From assembly GCA_030614255.1 (NCBI GenBank), contig JAUWKI010000004.1, positions 4-64,003 on the forward strand: DNA of 64,000 bases. The letters run 5' to 3'. Shown one piece after another: positions 48,520-59,212 of the stretch. Under the pieces are notes generated by a model. It saw only the letters and a program-made list of their open reading frames with translations, did no database searches and was not told where the DNA came from. Made by a program: the position numbers and the translations under genes. Position 1 is the stretch's first letter; the number at the start of each line of letters is the position of its first letter. The DNA comes from Actinomycetes bacterium (GTDB lineage: Bacteria; Actinomycetota; Aquicultoria; UBA3085; Oleimmundimicrobiaceae).

Positions 48520-48546
48520 AAAATAATTTGAAAGGAGAATGAGAAA

Positions 48547-50907
48547 ATGATAAAAGTGGGCTCCATCATGTGGGGAAGCCACGTTTCCACACTCGTTCAA
48601 GCAAGCAAGGAGCTCGATTTCGTACAGCTTGAGCTCCGTTCCATGCGCGACTTAGAGGATGAGCTGGTACAAGAGAAGTTTCTGGAGTATCTGCGACAAG
48701 AGGCGGATGTCCTTCTTCTCTATCCGTCCGCAAACGAAGTCTGGAGCGAGATGCTCCCCGAAATTGAAAAAATTAGAAAGGCCGTACCCACCGTCTCCTT
48801 CGGTCACGACCCCTCTTTCTGGAGTCTCTCTACCGTAGATCCCGAGACGGTGGCCACGGCCTATAAATATCTGGTAACCGACGGCTTGGAAAACATGAAA
48901 AGCCTGCTATCCTATATTGCCCGCGAGGTTCTCGATATCGAGATGGAGGTCGAGCCGCTTAAGGAAACGCCATGGCAGGGAATATATCATCCCAACGCCT
49001 CATCGCACTTTGACAACCCTGAAGATTACCTCAAATGGCACAAAAAATTCGACCCCTCCTGCCCCACCGCGGGTATCCTCTTTTATCGCTCTTACTGGAT
49101 AAACGGAAACCTCGAAGTAGAAAACGCTCTTATCCGCGCATTTGAGGATAGGAAAATTAACGTTGTGCCGGTCTTCTCCCACGGCTTTAAAGAAAATGAG
49201 CTGGGGGCCAAAGGAAATGACGTGGCGATCCCCGCTCTACTAACAAGGGATGGCGAGCCAATCGTCGACATCCTGCTCAATTTGCAATCTTTCTTTCTGG
49301 TAACCCTGCCGGAAGGCTCCGATGTCGGCTGCGCTGAGGCGGGTGTAGAACTACTTAAAAAACTGGATGTCCCGGTCATCGACCCCTTGGTTTCCTACCG
49401 CAAAACCGAAGAGGAGTGGAGAGCCGATGTTCAAGGTCTTGCCGAAAACATAGTCTGGTCGGTGGCCATGCCGGAATTTGATGGAATAATTGAGCCGCTG
49501 GTAATCGGGGTTCAAACAAGAGCAAGCGACGAGGAAACCGGGGTTACCCTCGAACGATACATGCCCATCCCGGAGCGGGTCAATCACATCGTTGAGCGGG
49601 CCAAGAAATGGATTCGCCTCCGAAGGAAACCGCCTCAAGAACGAAAGGTCGTCTTCGTTCTGCACAATAATCCATGCGCTGGTGTGGAGGCCACTGTGGG
49701 CAGCGGAGCAAACTTAGATACCTTGGAAAGCGTAGCTAAAACCATGCAAAAGATGAAGGAGCAAGGATACAAGGTCGAAAAAAACCCGTCTGAGGGGAAG
49801 AAGTTAATCGAGACCATCATGGAAAGAAAAGCCATCTCCGAATTCAGATGGACCCCTGTGGAAGAGATTGTAGCAAAAGGCGGGGCACACACCCTCCTTC
49901 CCTTGGAAAAATATCTGGTGTGGTGGAACAAGTTGCCGGAAAATGTGAGAGAGAAGATGGTCTCCACCTGGGGGGAACCGCCCGGCGAAGGGATGGTCCA
50001 CGAAGGAAAAATTGTGCTCACGGGGGTAGAATATGGAAATGTCATGGTTTGTGTCCAACCCAAACGGGGATGCTATGGGGCACGCTGCGACGGACAGGTC
50101 TGCAAGATACTCCACGATCCCGACTGTCCCCCCACTCACCAATACCTGGCCACTTACAGATATCTGGAGGATATCTGGGGAGCCGATGCCGTAGTGCACG
50201 TGGGAACCCACGGCAATTTGGAGTTTTTGCCCGGAAAGGCAGTGGGGCTTTCCGATTCTTGCTATCCCGACATAGGAATCGGCACCCTCCCCCATCTCTA
50301 CATATACAACGCCGACAATCCACCGGAGGGGACCATCGCCAAGCGAAGAAGTTACGCCACGCTGATCGACCACATGCAGACGGTGATGACCGAAAGCGGT
50401 CTCTATGAAAGTTTAAAGGAGTTGGAGGGATATCTGGCCGAATATAACCAGGCTAAAATCTCCAATCCGGCCCATGCTCACGCCCTGGAGCATCTCATCG
50501 TGGACAAAATAAAGGAGTCCAAATTAGAGAAAGAGATAGGGATCGAGGAAAAAGATATTCATGGAGAAGAATCCCTCGACAAAACCGTCAAACGGGCCCA
50601 CGAAGTTTTAACTCGCCTGAGAGAGACCCAAATTCAAGACGGCATGCACATCTTCGGGGAGCTCCCTCAAAGCGACGCCCGAGTAGAGTTCATAAACTCC
50701 ATTCTTCGTTACGACTCGGATGAAGAATTCTCTTTCCGGAAGACAATCTTTGAGCTCATGGACTTAAACTACAATTACGCCTTGAACAACCCCGCCGAAT
50801 ATTACGATGACTTCGGTAAAACCTATGGGGAGCTGCTCGAAGAGGCCCAAGGATACTCAAAGGAGTTCATTAGGGAGTTTCTCGCACACGAAGAGGAGGT
50901 AAATTAA
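48547..50907 (+). CDS. cobN: CobN-like chelatase, N-terminal portion (786 aa)
   Basis: CobN/Mg-chelatase H family motifs (HVGTHGNLEFLPGK, YIYNADNPPEG). Ends at an in-frame TAA. Confidence 0.8.
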   Translation: MIKVGSIMWGSHVSTLVQASKELDFVQLELRSMRDLEDELVQEKFLEYLRQEADVLLLYPSANEVWSEMLPEIEKIRKAVPTVSFGHDPSFWSLSTVDPETVATAYKYLVTDGLENMKSLLSYIAREVLDIEMEVEPLKETPWQGIYHPNASSHFDNPEDYLKWHKKFDPSCPTAGILFYRSYWINGNLEVENALIRAFEDRKINVVPVFSHGFKENELGAKGNDVAIPALLTRDGEPIVDILLNLQSFFLVTLPEGSDVGCAEAGVELLKKLDVPVIDPLVSYRKTEEEWRADVQGLAENIVWSVAMPEFDGIIEPLVIGVQTRASDEETGVTLERYMPIPERVNHIVERAKKWIRLRRKPPQERKVVFVLHNNPCAGVEATVGSGANLDTLESVAKTMQKMKEQGYKVEKNPSEGKKLIETIMERKAISEFRWTPVEEIVAKGGAHTLLPLEKYLVWWNKLPENVREKMVSTWGEPPGEGMVHEGKIVLTGVEYGNVMVCVQPKRGCYGARCDGQVCKILHDPDCPPTHQYLATYRYLEDIWGADAVVHVGTHGNLEFLPGKAVGLSDSCYPDIGIGTLPHLYIYNADNPPEGTIAKRRSYATLIDHMQTVMTESGLYESLKELEGYLAEYNQAKISNPAHAHALEHLIVDKIKESKLEKEIGIEEKDIHGEESLDKTVKRAHEVLTRLRETQIQDGMHIFGELPQSDARVEFINSILRYDSDEEFSFRKTIFELMDLNYNYALNNPAEYYDDFGKTYGELLEEAQGYSKEFIREFLAHEEEVN

Positions 50908-52458
50908 GTGGAAATAAAATTGGATCAGCGGTTAAAGGAGTTTGAAAACCTCGCCACAAACATCATGGGCGACAGATTCATAAATCCCGAAGCACTCGAA
51001 AAACTCTCGGTTCTAAAGTCGAAAGTTTTGGACATCTCCGCCAGGATTGAGGCCTCAAAGGAAATCGAAAGCCTGCTTCACGGACTCTCCGGCGGCTACA
51101 TCGAAAGCGGGCCCTCGGGACTTATCACCCGAGGGAGGGCAGACATCCTTCCCACCGGAAGAAATTTTTACTCTCTCGACCCTTATAAGGTTCCCACCAA
51201 GGCCGCTTGGAGGGTGGGAAGAAGCCTTGCAAACGGTTTAATTGAAAAATATGTGGCAGACACGGAAGAGATGCCCGAGAACTGCGGCATGGTGCTCTTC
51301 TGCACCGATATTATGTGGTCAGATGGCGAGGAAGTATCGCAGATTCTCTATCTTTTGGGCGTGGAGCCGAAATGGTTGAGCAACGGCCGGGTGAAGGGTT
51401 TTCGGATAATCCCTTTGGAAGAGCTCGGCCGGCCCAGAATAGACGTGACCATCCGTATCGGGGGCATAACACGAGATTGCTTCCCCAATATCATGGAGTA
51501 TCTGGACGAGGCAATAACGGCGGTTGCCTCCCTGGATGAACCCTTGGAGCTCAACTTCGTCCGCAAACACGCCCTCGAGCAACTCGACGGCTCTTTGGAC
51601 CCGCAAGCGTGGAGAGAGGCCACTTCCCGCATCTTCGGCAGTCGCCCGGGAACCTACGGCTCCGGCGTAAATCTTGCCGTCTACGCCAGCGCGTGGAAAG
51701 AGGAAGAGGACCTGGCAGATGTCTTTACTTATTGGAGCGGCTACGCCTACGGCAAGGAGATGTTTGGTAAAGAATCCCATGAAACCTTCTTCAAACAGCT
51801 CAAGTCGGTTGATTTGACTTATAATAAGACGGTAACCGACGAATATGATTTATTCGGCTGTTGCTGCTATTTCTCCTATCAAGGAGGACTGACGGCAGCG
51901 GCTAAAAATGCCTCGGGGAAAGAGGTAAAAACCTACTATGGCGACACAAGAAACCCGGCCAAGATCGAAGTAAGGGATTTGGCCGATGAAATTAGGCGCG
52001 TAGTGCGGACAAAGCTTCTCAACCCAAAATGGATCGAGGGAATGAAGCGTCACGGCTACAAAGGAGCCGGTGATATCTCCAAAAGAATAGGTAGGGTCTA
52101 CGGATGGGAAGCGACCACCGAACAGGTCGACGATTGGATATTCGACGAAATCGCCGAAACATTCGTATTAAATGAAGAGAACCGAAAGTTCTTCGAGGAA
52201 AATAACCCCTGGGCCCTGGAAGAAGTGGGTCGAAGGCTTTTGGAGGCCGAACAAAGGGACCTATGGGATGCCAATCCAGAGGTCTTGCAACAATTAAAAC
52301 AAGCTTATCTCGAAATAGAGGGTTGGATGGAAGAAAAAACCGGTGACGTCCAAGGCGAATTTCAAGGAGGAGCGGTGGATGTAATTACGATGGATGAGGT
52401 CGAAGACTGGGGAGAAAAGATGAAGAAGTTAAAGAAAAAATTGCATGGTGGAGGATAA
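50908..52458 (+). CDS. cobN: CobN-like chelatase, C-terminal portion (516 aa), same frame as the upstream ORF
   Basis: CobN C-terminal motifs (ADILPTGRNFYSLDP). GTG start 8 nt after a GGAGG RBS, directly after the TAA. Confidence 0.8.
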   Translation: MEIKLDQRLKEFENLATNIMGDRFINPEALEKLSVLKSKVLDISARIEASKEIESLLHGLSGGYIESGPSGLITRGRADILPTGRNFYSLDPYKVPTKAAWRVGRSLANGLIEKYVADTEEMPENCGMVLFCTDIMWSDGEEVSQILYLLGVEPKWLSNGRVKGFRIIPLEELGRPRIDVTIRIGGITRDCFPNIMEYLDEAITAVASLDEPLELNFVRKHALEQLDGSLDPQAWREATSRIFGSRPGTYGSGVNLAVYASAWKEEEDLADVFTYWSGYAYGKEMFGKESHETFFKQLKSVDLTYNKTVTDEYDLFGCCCYFSYQGGLTAAAKNASGKEVKTYYGDTRNPAKIEVRDLADEIRRVVRTKLLNPKWIEGMKRHGYKGAGDISKRIGRVYGWEATTEQVDDWIFDEIAETFVLNEENRKFFEENNPWALEEVGRRLLEAEQRDLWDANPEVLQQLKQAYLEIEGWMEEKTGDVQGEFQGGAVDVITMDEVEDWGEKMKKLKKKLHGGG

Positions 52459-52464
52459 GCTCAA

Positions 52465-53463
52465 TTGGATAAAATAATTGAAGCAAGAGAACTAACAAAA
52501 TACTATGATGGCAATCTGGCGGTAGATGATATCAACCTCGAAATCCCAAGAGGTGAAGCTTTTGGTTTACTCGGGCCCAACGGCGCGGGAAAGACCACCA
52601 CGGTGCTCATGCTCACCACCCTGCTCAAACAAAGCGGGGGGAAAGCATCAGTCTGTGGATTCGATATAGCAAAAGAGGCTCGCGGAGTAAGAAAACATAT
52701 AAGTTACGTGCCTCAAGGATTGGCCGTAGATGATGCTCTCACGGCGCGGGAAAGCCTGGAGCTCTTCGGCTCCCTTTACGGCATACCCCCCGCCAAACGA
52801 AAACAAAGGATGGATTACTTCCTCGAGTTCTTCGAACTTTCCATGGTTGCAGATAATCCCGCTGCCACTTACTCTGGCGGAATGAAGAGGAAGCTGGAGT
52901 TAGCTCAAGCCCTCATCCATCAACCGGAAGTCGTCTTCCTGGACGAGCCCACCATCGGTCTAGACGTCACCGCCCGCCATAAGATATGGGAATTCATCCT
53001 CAGACTAAAAGAAGAAAAGAAGGTTACCTTCTTTATCACCACCCATTACATGGACGAAGCGGCGGTGCTTTGCGACAGGGTGGCCATAATCACCAAGGGA
53101 AAAATCGTTTGCTCGGGCTCCCCAAGCACGTTATCCAGTCAAATTGGAGGAGATGTAATTAGAATACGTATAGAGAAAGAGGACGTGGAGAAAGCTTCTG
53201 AAGCGCTGGAAGGAATGGAGAAAATTAAAAGTAAAAAATGCATTAAAACGGAATTGGAACTAATAGTGGAAGAGGGCGACAAGTTCTTGCCTGAGGTCAT
53301 GCAAGTTTTAACTTCAAAGGAAATCACCATCAACTCGGTTTTGATGAAGCAAGCCGGCTTGGACGAGGTGTTCATTAAATACACGGATGATACCGAAGAG
53401 AGCCCAAGCCCCAAAGAGGCCAGAAAACACAAAAAAATTATAAGAAAGCTAATGAGAGGGTGA
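52465..53463 (+). CDS. ABC transporter ATP-binding protein (ABC-2/DrrA-like)
   Basis: GPNGAGKTT, YSGGMKRKL, Walker B VVFLDEPT. Confidence 0.85.
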   Translation: MDKIIEARELTKYYDGNLAVDDINLEIPRGEAFGLLGPNGAGKTTTVLMLTTLLKQSGGKASVCGFDIAKEARGVRKHISYVPQGLAVDDALTARESLELFGSLYGIPPAKRKQRMDYFLEFFELSMVADNPAATYSGGMKRKLELAQALIHQPEVVFLDEPTIGLDVTARHKIWEFILRLKEEKKVTFFITTHYMDEAAVLCDRVAIITKGKIVCSGSPSTLSSQIGGDVIRIRIEKEDVEKASEALEGMEKIKSKKCIKTELELIVEEGDKFLPEVMQVLTSKEITINSVLMKQAGLDEVFIKYTDDTEESPSPKEARKHKKIIRKLMRG

Positions 53464-54209
53464 TGTTGTTGTTTAATGCCTTCATAAAAATCTGTAAACG
53501 CGATATCAAGATATTATTTAGACTCAAAATAAACTTAATTGCCTCAATAGTCGGCCCCGTCGCCTGGTTGGCGGTGCTCGGCTCTTTGCCCATGTCAACA
53601 AATTCAGGAAGGTATTTGGATTATGTAACTCCCGGCATAATGGTGATGTCCGTCATGATGCCCTCACTTCAAAGCGGCTTGCTCACCTCGGCCGACAAAA
53701 TCTATGGTTATTTAAAGAAGATATTCGCAACCCCCACTCCGCGGCCGGTGATAGTCATGGGCAAAATTACGGCGGCCATGAGCAAGGGAATGATTCATCT
53801 CTCGGCCGTCCTTGCCACCGCGTGGATTCTCGGCGCGAGAATGGAAGGTGGTCTTGCTGGTCTTCTACTGGTATTTGGATGCGCCCTCTTCTTTGCCATG
53901 GGCCTCTCGGCCCTTTCAATATTTATCGCCTTCAAGGTGGCCGATTTGCACGGTTTCGGTGCAATTATAAGCTTAGTTAGCTTGCCGCTTTTCTTGGCCA
54001 GTTCGGCCCTGATGCCTTTGGACAAGATGCCGGCATGGTTGCGATGTGTGGCATCAATAAATCCGGTCACTTACATCATCGACATCTCAAGAAAAATAAT
54101 GCTCACCGGGAACATATCGGGCTGCGGTTTGATCTTATTGATTCTGATATCATTGGCCTTGAGTATGATAATCTTATGTATGCGCACCTTTGAAAAAGGT
54201 TTTGAGTAA
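53460..54209 (+). CDS. ABC-2 family transporter permease
   Basis: Six-TM hydrophobic protein overlapping the ATPase stop. Confidence 0.7.
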   Translation: MMLLFNAFIKICKRDIKILFRLKINLIASIVGPVAWLAVLGSLPMSTNSGRYLDYVTPGIMVMSVMMPSLQSGLLTSADKIYGYLKKIFATPTPRPVIVMGKITAAMSKGMIHLSAVLATAWILGARMEGGLAGLLLVFGCALFFAMGLSALSIFIAFKVADLHGFGAIISLVSLPLFLASSALMPLDKMPAWLRCVASINPVTYIIDISRKIMLTGNISGCGLILLILISLALSMIILCMRTFEKGFE

Positions 54210-54229
54210 ATAAACGAGGAGGACAATAA

Positions 54230-56245
54230 ATGAGTTGTTTAGCTGGTAAAGTATATTCCTTCACCGCAATTGTGGGACAGGACAAGATGAAAAAGGCCCT
54301 GATTTTAAATGTCATCAACCCCAAGCTCGGCGGGGTACTCATCAAGGGCCAAAAAGGAACTGCCAAATCAACCGCCGTTCGCGCTCTTGCCGACCTTTTG
54401 CCCGAAATAGAAGTGGTCGAGGGCTGCCCCTTTGGCTGTAATCCTCACACTGAAGCAGAAATGTGTCCCCACTGTCTTGAAAAAAAGCTAATTGAAGACA
54501 AACTGCCCCTCTCCCACCGGAAAATGAAGGTGGTTACCCTCCCCATCAATGCCACGGAGGATAGAGTAGTAGGAACGTTGGACATAGAGCGCGCGATAAA
54601 ACATGGCGAAAAACGTTTTGAGCCGGGGATTCTGGCGGATTCCCACCGCGGCTTCCTTTATGTTGACGAGGTGAACTTGCTCGATGACCACATAGTTGAC
54701 ATTCTGCTGGACTCCGCCGCGATGGGAGTCAACACCGTCGAGAGAGAGGGGATCTCCTTCTCACACCCCGCCCACTTTATACTGGTGGGAACGATGAACC
54801 CCGAAGAAGGAGATTTAAGGCCACAACTTTTGGACAGGTTCGCACTCTGTGTCGAAGTCGAGGGCATAAGCGATACAAAAGAAAGGGTGGAGATAATTAA
54901 GAGGCGAATGAGCTATGAAAACGACCCTCATTCCTTCGGCCATCGCTGGGAAGACACTCAAGAAAATTTGCGCCGTCAAGTCCTGGCCGCCGAAGCACTC
55001 CTGCCTAAGACAGAGATATCCGACGATATGCTGCACTTAATAGCCGAAATCTGCGTGGGGATGGACGTGCACGGACACAGAGCCGACATCGTGATGATGA
55101 AGACGGCTAAAACTATCGCCGCCTTTCATCAAAGAAGGGAAGTAACCGAGAAAGATGTGAAAGAAGCTGCTGAGCTCGCCCTGCCTCACAGGATGAAGAG
55201 AAAGCCGTTCGAGGAGCAAAAACTGGACCAAGAAAAGTTGGAGCAAACCATCGAAAAACATAAGAAAAATCGGAGCGAACCCGAGCAAGCCGAGCAAGAA
55301 CAGAAAGAACCTCAAGAATCATCACACCGTGCCTACCGACAGGCAGGAAATCAGGATGACCAAAAGGAGGCTCCGGATAATTCGTCTTCAAAAACCTTTG
55401 ATGTCGGAACCCCCTTTAAAACAAGGGATATCAAGATGCCAAAAGACAAGCTTCCTCGCACGGGTGGCGGAAGGAGGGCAAAGAGCGTTACGGGCTCGAA
55501 GTCCGGCAAATATGTTCGGAGCACCATCCCCAAAGACAAGACAACGGACATCGCCCTCGACGCAACCATAAGAGCCGCCGCCATCAGACCGTGCCTACCG
55601 GCAGGCAGGAACGGAAAAAATGAGACCGGAAAGACTGGTTTAAAAATTGAAAAACCCGATTTACGCCAGAAGGTAAGAGAAAAGAAGGTCGGCGCATCCA
55701 TCCTCTTTGTGGTCGACGCCAGCGGCTCCATGGGCGCGAAAGAGAGGATGGTGGTGGCCAAAGGAGCTGTGCTTTCGCTCCTAATCGACGCCTATCAAAG
55801 ACGGGATAAGGTCGGGCTCATAGCTTTCAGGAGAAAGAGCGCGGAGCTCTTGCTTCCATTAACAGACAGCGCTGAAACCGCCCAAAGTTATCTCAGAGAG
55901 CTTCCAACGGGAGGAAAAACCCCTTTGTCCCATGGGCTAACCCTCACGCTTGAGACATTCAATAAAGAAAGGGCCAAAAACAAAAAGGTCCTTCCTCTTA
56001 TGGTTTTAATAACCGACGGGAAAGCCAACGTTTCTTTGAGCGAGAAAAATGCAGTTGAAGAAGCCGGGGAAATCGCGGAAAAATTTGCCGAAGCAAAAAT
56101 AAAAAGCTTGATTATCGACACAGAAAACGACTTCTTGAACCTGGGGCTCGCCAAAGAAATAGCGAACGCCTGTGATGGCGAATATATAAAGCTGGAGGAG
56201 CTTGAAGCGGAGAAATTGGCTCATATGGTTAAGGAAATAAACTAG
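54230..56245 (+). CDS. ChlI/ChlD-like chelatase subunit (AAA+ ATPase fused to vWA/MIDAS domain)
   Basis: N-terminal AAA+ (GQKGTAKST). Acidic/Pro-rich linker. C-terminal vWA with DASGSM MIDAS. Confidence 0.8.
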   Translation: MSCLAGKVYSFTAIVGQDKMKKALILNVINPKLGGVLIKGQKGTAKSTAVRALADLLPEIEVVEGCPFGCNPHTEAEMCPHCLEKKLIEDKLPLSHRKMKVVTLPINATEDRVVGTLDIERAIKHGEKRFEPGILADSHRGFLYVDEVNLLDDHIVDILLDSAAMGVNTVEREGISFSHPAHFILVGTMNPEEGDLRPQLLDRFALCVEVEGISDTKERVEIIKRRMSYENDPHSFGHRWEDTQENLRRQVLAAEALLPKTEISDDMLHLIAEICVGMDVHGHRADIVMMKTAKTIAAFHQRREVTEKDVKEAAELALPHRMKRKPFEEQKLDQEKLEQTIEKHKKNRSEPEQAEQEQKEPQESSHRAYRQAGNQDDQKEAPDNSSSKTFDVGTPFKTRDIKMPKDKLPRTGGGRRAKSVTGSKSGKYVRSTIPKDKTTDIALDATIRAAAIRPCLPAGRNGKNETGKTGLKIEKPDLRQKVREKKVGASILFVVDASGSMGAKERMVVAKGAVLSLLIDAYQRRDKVGLIAFRRKSAELLLPLTDSAETAQSYLRELPTGGKTPLSHGLTLTLETFNKERAKNKKVLPLMVLITDGKANVSLSEKNAVEEAGEIAEKFAEAKIKSLIIDTENDFLNLGLAKEIANACDGEYIKLEELEAEKLAHMVKEIN

Positions 56246-56273
56246 CTAAAAATCAACGAGTGGGCAATGGGGG

Positions 56274-57143
56274 TCAGGTCTTGTTTTTTGACATTTCTTC
56301 TTCTTTTGTGATTCTGCTTATCGTCGAATAGTGCATCTTGAGATGATTGGCAATTTCTTTCTGGCTGTAGCCATATTGCTCTGTTGCCTCCACTATCTTC
56401 TTATTTCTCATCTGTTTATTCTCCAATATTCTTTTCTTAAACAAACTTTCAAGACTTGGTCTGCCAACATATCTTTGGTGCTTAGGAATATCCTTTATTT
56501 TTTCCTGTCCTTTTAAATAACTTTTAAATTCCTCAACAAAATCATTATCGCCAAGCAGGATTTGTCCTTTTGCCTTTATCCAAATTGATTCTTCTTCTAT
56601 TCCTGCCTTAACAAACTCTCTGTATCTTTTCCTTGCCGGTTTTATCTTTGGGCCAAATTGAGCTAAAACCCAGTTTGTTGTGAGGCAGGGATGAGGTTTT
56701 TCCAAGCCGGCAGTAGCACGATAACTGCCATATCTCCATTCTTCGGGGTCTTTAACCAGCTTTGCTCTTATGGGGTTTAAGACCACGTATCTGCAGACCT
56801 CAAGAAGATGGCTTTCTTTCTGGATGAGTATGGCTTTGTATCTTCCTTGAAAGATGTGACCCACCCTGTGATGCTTTTTATTGAAGGTCTGTGTGTATAC
56901 CCCGTTTAGTTGTCTCATGCCCTTGGAGAGATTTCCATCGGGAGTTTCGATAATTAGATGGTAGTGGTTATTCATCAGACAATAAGCGTGGCAGATAAAA
57001 TTGTATTTCTTGTTTACACTTTTGAGAACGTTTAGAAAGATTTCTTGGTCTTTTTCATCATAAAATATGGGCTTCTTTTCATTGCCTCTTGATGTTATGT
57101 GATATATAGCTCCGCTGTATTCTATCCTTAAAGGTCTTGCCAT
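56274..57143 (-). mobile_element. RAYT/IS200-like Y1 transposase (HuH) with C-terminal HTH domain, flanked by imperfect inverted repeats
   Basis: NHYHLII HuH motif and RYVVLNP Tyr region. Inverted repeats GGGGTCAGGTCTT...GACAT at 56270-56294 and 57173-57197. Confidence 0.7.
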
Positions 57144-57228
57144 GAAATACTTGTAACATATCTAATGATTTAATGTCAAGATTAAAGACCTGACCCCTTT
57201 TGCTTTTGTGCTTTTGCAAACTCTGATA

Positions 57229-58434
57229 TTACTCATACCTTAAGGCTTCAATCGGGTCTAGCTTTGAGGCCTTAAAGGCAGGATAGACTCCAAAAAATAT
57301 GCCAACGGCAAATGAAAAAAAGAAAGCCAGAACGATAGACCAGAAAGTGATGCTGCTTGGCAAGAACTGCCCAAGCACCACTGAGCCGACGGCCCCGAAA
57401 ATGATTCCGAGCGCGCCACCCACAACACTTAATGTTATGGCCTCAATAACAAATTGAGACAGGATATCAAACGTCCTGGCACCAACGGCCTTACGAATGC
57501 CAATCTCCCTTGTCCGCTCCGTCACCGAAACAAGCATTATGTTCATAATCCCTATGCCGCCAACGAGAAGAGAAATGCCCGCGATACCTCCCAACATCAG
57601 AGTGAGCGTTCCCATCATCGACTGAAAAGTTGCCAAAAGCTCATCTTGCGCAAGAATAGTAAAGTCGTTCTCCTCAAGCTTTTTTAATAGCACCCGTTCT
57701 GTCTCTTTTACGGCCAAATCCATATCTTCTTGTCTCTCAGCTTGAACCAAAATTAAACTAACGTTTTTCGTACCTAAAATCCTTTGGGCAACGGTTACGG
57801 GAATAAAAACTTGATTATCCATGTCTATTCCCATGCCTCCCGCACCTTTTTTGCTCATGACTCCGATTACAGTAAACTTCTGCCCGCTGATGGTAATCTT
57901 CTCCCCAATGGGATCACGAAAGCCAAAGAAGTCTTCCGCAACAGTTTGACCTATCGTGCAGACCCTCTTTAAACCTTCGACATCGGTTTCGGCAAAAAAT
58001 CTTCCCTTTTCCACAGGAGAGTTTCTTGCAATAGGATATTCTGGCGTCGTGCCCATCAAATCGGCCGTCCTCGAAAGGTTACCGAATTTAACGGAGACCA
58101 CCCCACTTATAGTCGGAAGCACATCTTTAACGTGTTGAGCCCCGTTTTTAATATCTTCAACATGCTCAAGCTCAAGTTTGTTGGTCGTCCCCATTGGACC
58201 GCCCGAGTGCCCACTACCGGGCTCCATTTCAATTTTTCCCGGCATGACCATAGCTATATTTGAACCAAGCCCCATAATTTGGCTGGAGATATCCGCCTGA
58301 ACACCGCTTCCAATTGAAACTAAAAGTATGACAGCCGAGACACCTATAATCATACCCAACATTGTTAACGCTGAGCGCATCTTGTTGGCCAATAAGCTAT
58401 TTATTGCGACTCTAAAACTCTCAAGAATGTTCAT
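57229..58434 (-). CDS. MacB/FtsX-family ABC transporter permease
   Basis: MacB periplasmic core plus FtsX C-terminal TMs. The ORF track extends to 58509 but overlaps the ATPase gene by 89 nt; internal Met (MNILESF) is the likelier start. Confidence 0.75.
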   Translation of the reverse strand: MNILESFRVAINSLLANKMRSALTMLGMIIGVSAVILLVSIGSGVQADISSQIMGLGSNIAMVMPGKIEMEPGSGHSGGPMGTTNKLELEHVEDIKNGAQHVKDVLPTISGVVSVKFGNLSRTADLMGTTPEYPIARNSPVEKGRFFAETDVEGLKRVCTIGQTVAEDFFGFRDPIGEKITISGQKFTVIGVMSKKGAGGMGIDMDNQVFIPVTVAQRILGTKNVSLILVQAERQEDMDLAVKETERVLLKKLEENDFTILAQDELLATFQSMMGTLTLMLGGIAGISLLVGGIGIMNIMLVSVTERTREIGIRKAVGARTFDILSQFVIEAITLSVVGGALGIIFGAVGSVVLGQFLPSSITFWSIVLAFFFSFAVGIFFGVYPAFKASKLDPIEALRYE

Positions 58435-59167
58435 TATTCTCTTCCTTCTCGGCAATTTCAGCCAGAATCTCTTTGGCTTTTTTTCTGTTGGAAACCGCTC
58501 TATCGGCAACTATCTTTCCGTCCAAAATCTGAATGATTCTTTGAGCATGTTCAGCAACATAGAGCTCGTGAGTAACCAAAATTACCGTTCTTCCTTCGTC
58601 ATGTAATTTTTGCAAAATCGCCATTACCTCAGCTCCAGATTTTGAATCGAGGTTCCCTGTGGGCTCATCAGCTAAAATGATTGAGGGATCATTTACCAAC
58701 GCGCGAGCAATTGCAACCCTCTGTTGTTGCCCGCCGGAAAGCTGCGTTGGTCTATGGTAAAGCCGATCACCGAGCCCAACCGCCTCCAATACCTCTTTGG
58801 CTTTCTTTGTGCGCTCCTTCAAACCGATGCCCGCATATACCATAGGAAGCTCAACGTTGGCAATCGCTGTAGCCCTGGGAAGTAAGTTGAAAAACTGAAA
58901 CACGAAGCCAATCTTTTTGTTTCTAAGCACAGCAAGCTCATTTTCGCTTAAATCAATCGTATCCTGACCTTCAATTTTAACGTCACCGGTGGTAGGTTTG
59001 TCGAGACAACCAATTAAATGCATGAGCGTGGACTTTCCCGAACCCGACGGGCCCATTATAGACACAGATTCCCCTGCTTTTATAGAGAATGAAATTCCCC
59101 TAAGCGCAGGAACTTCCACATCCTCAATTTTGTAGATTTTTTTCAAATCTTTAGTTTCTATCAACAT
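58421..59167 (-). CDS. ABC transporter ATP-binding protein (MacB/LolD type)
   Basis: [35 protein letters not shown]. Confidence 0.85.
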   Translation of the reverse strand: MLIETKDLKKIYKIEDVEVPALRGISFSIKAGESVSIMGPSGSGKSTLMHLIGCLDKPTTGDVKIEGQDTIDLSENELAVLRNKKIGFVFQFFNLLPRATAIANVELPMVYAGIGLKERTKKAKEVLEAVGLGDRLYHRPTQLSGGQQQRVAIARALVNDPSIILADEPTGNLDSKSGAEVMAILQKLHDEGRTVILVTHELYVAEHAQRIIQILDGKIVADRAVSNRKKAKEILAEIAEKEENNEHS

Positions 59168-59212
59168 CTTGGGCCACTACCTTTACCTACAAAATCTTAC
59201 AAATGGTCCGCA

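Noticed and set aside
56246-56300. Left RAYT inverted repeat as a terminator for the ChlD-like gene
   Set aside because: No convincing GC stem precedes the T-run. It is interpreted as an element terminus only.
57229-58509. Full-length 426-aa reading of the MacB permease
   Set aside because: Its first 25 codons overlap the upstream ATPase gene by 89 nt. An internal Met (58434) gives a conventional 14-nt overlap, so the shorter model is preferred.
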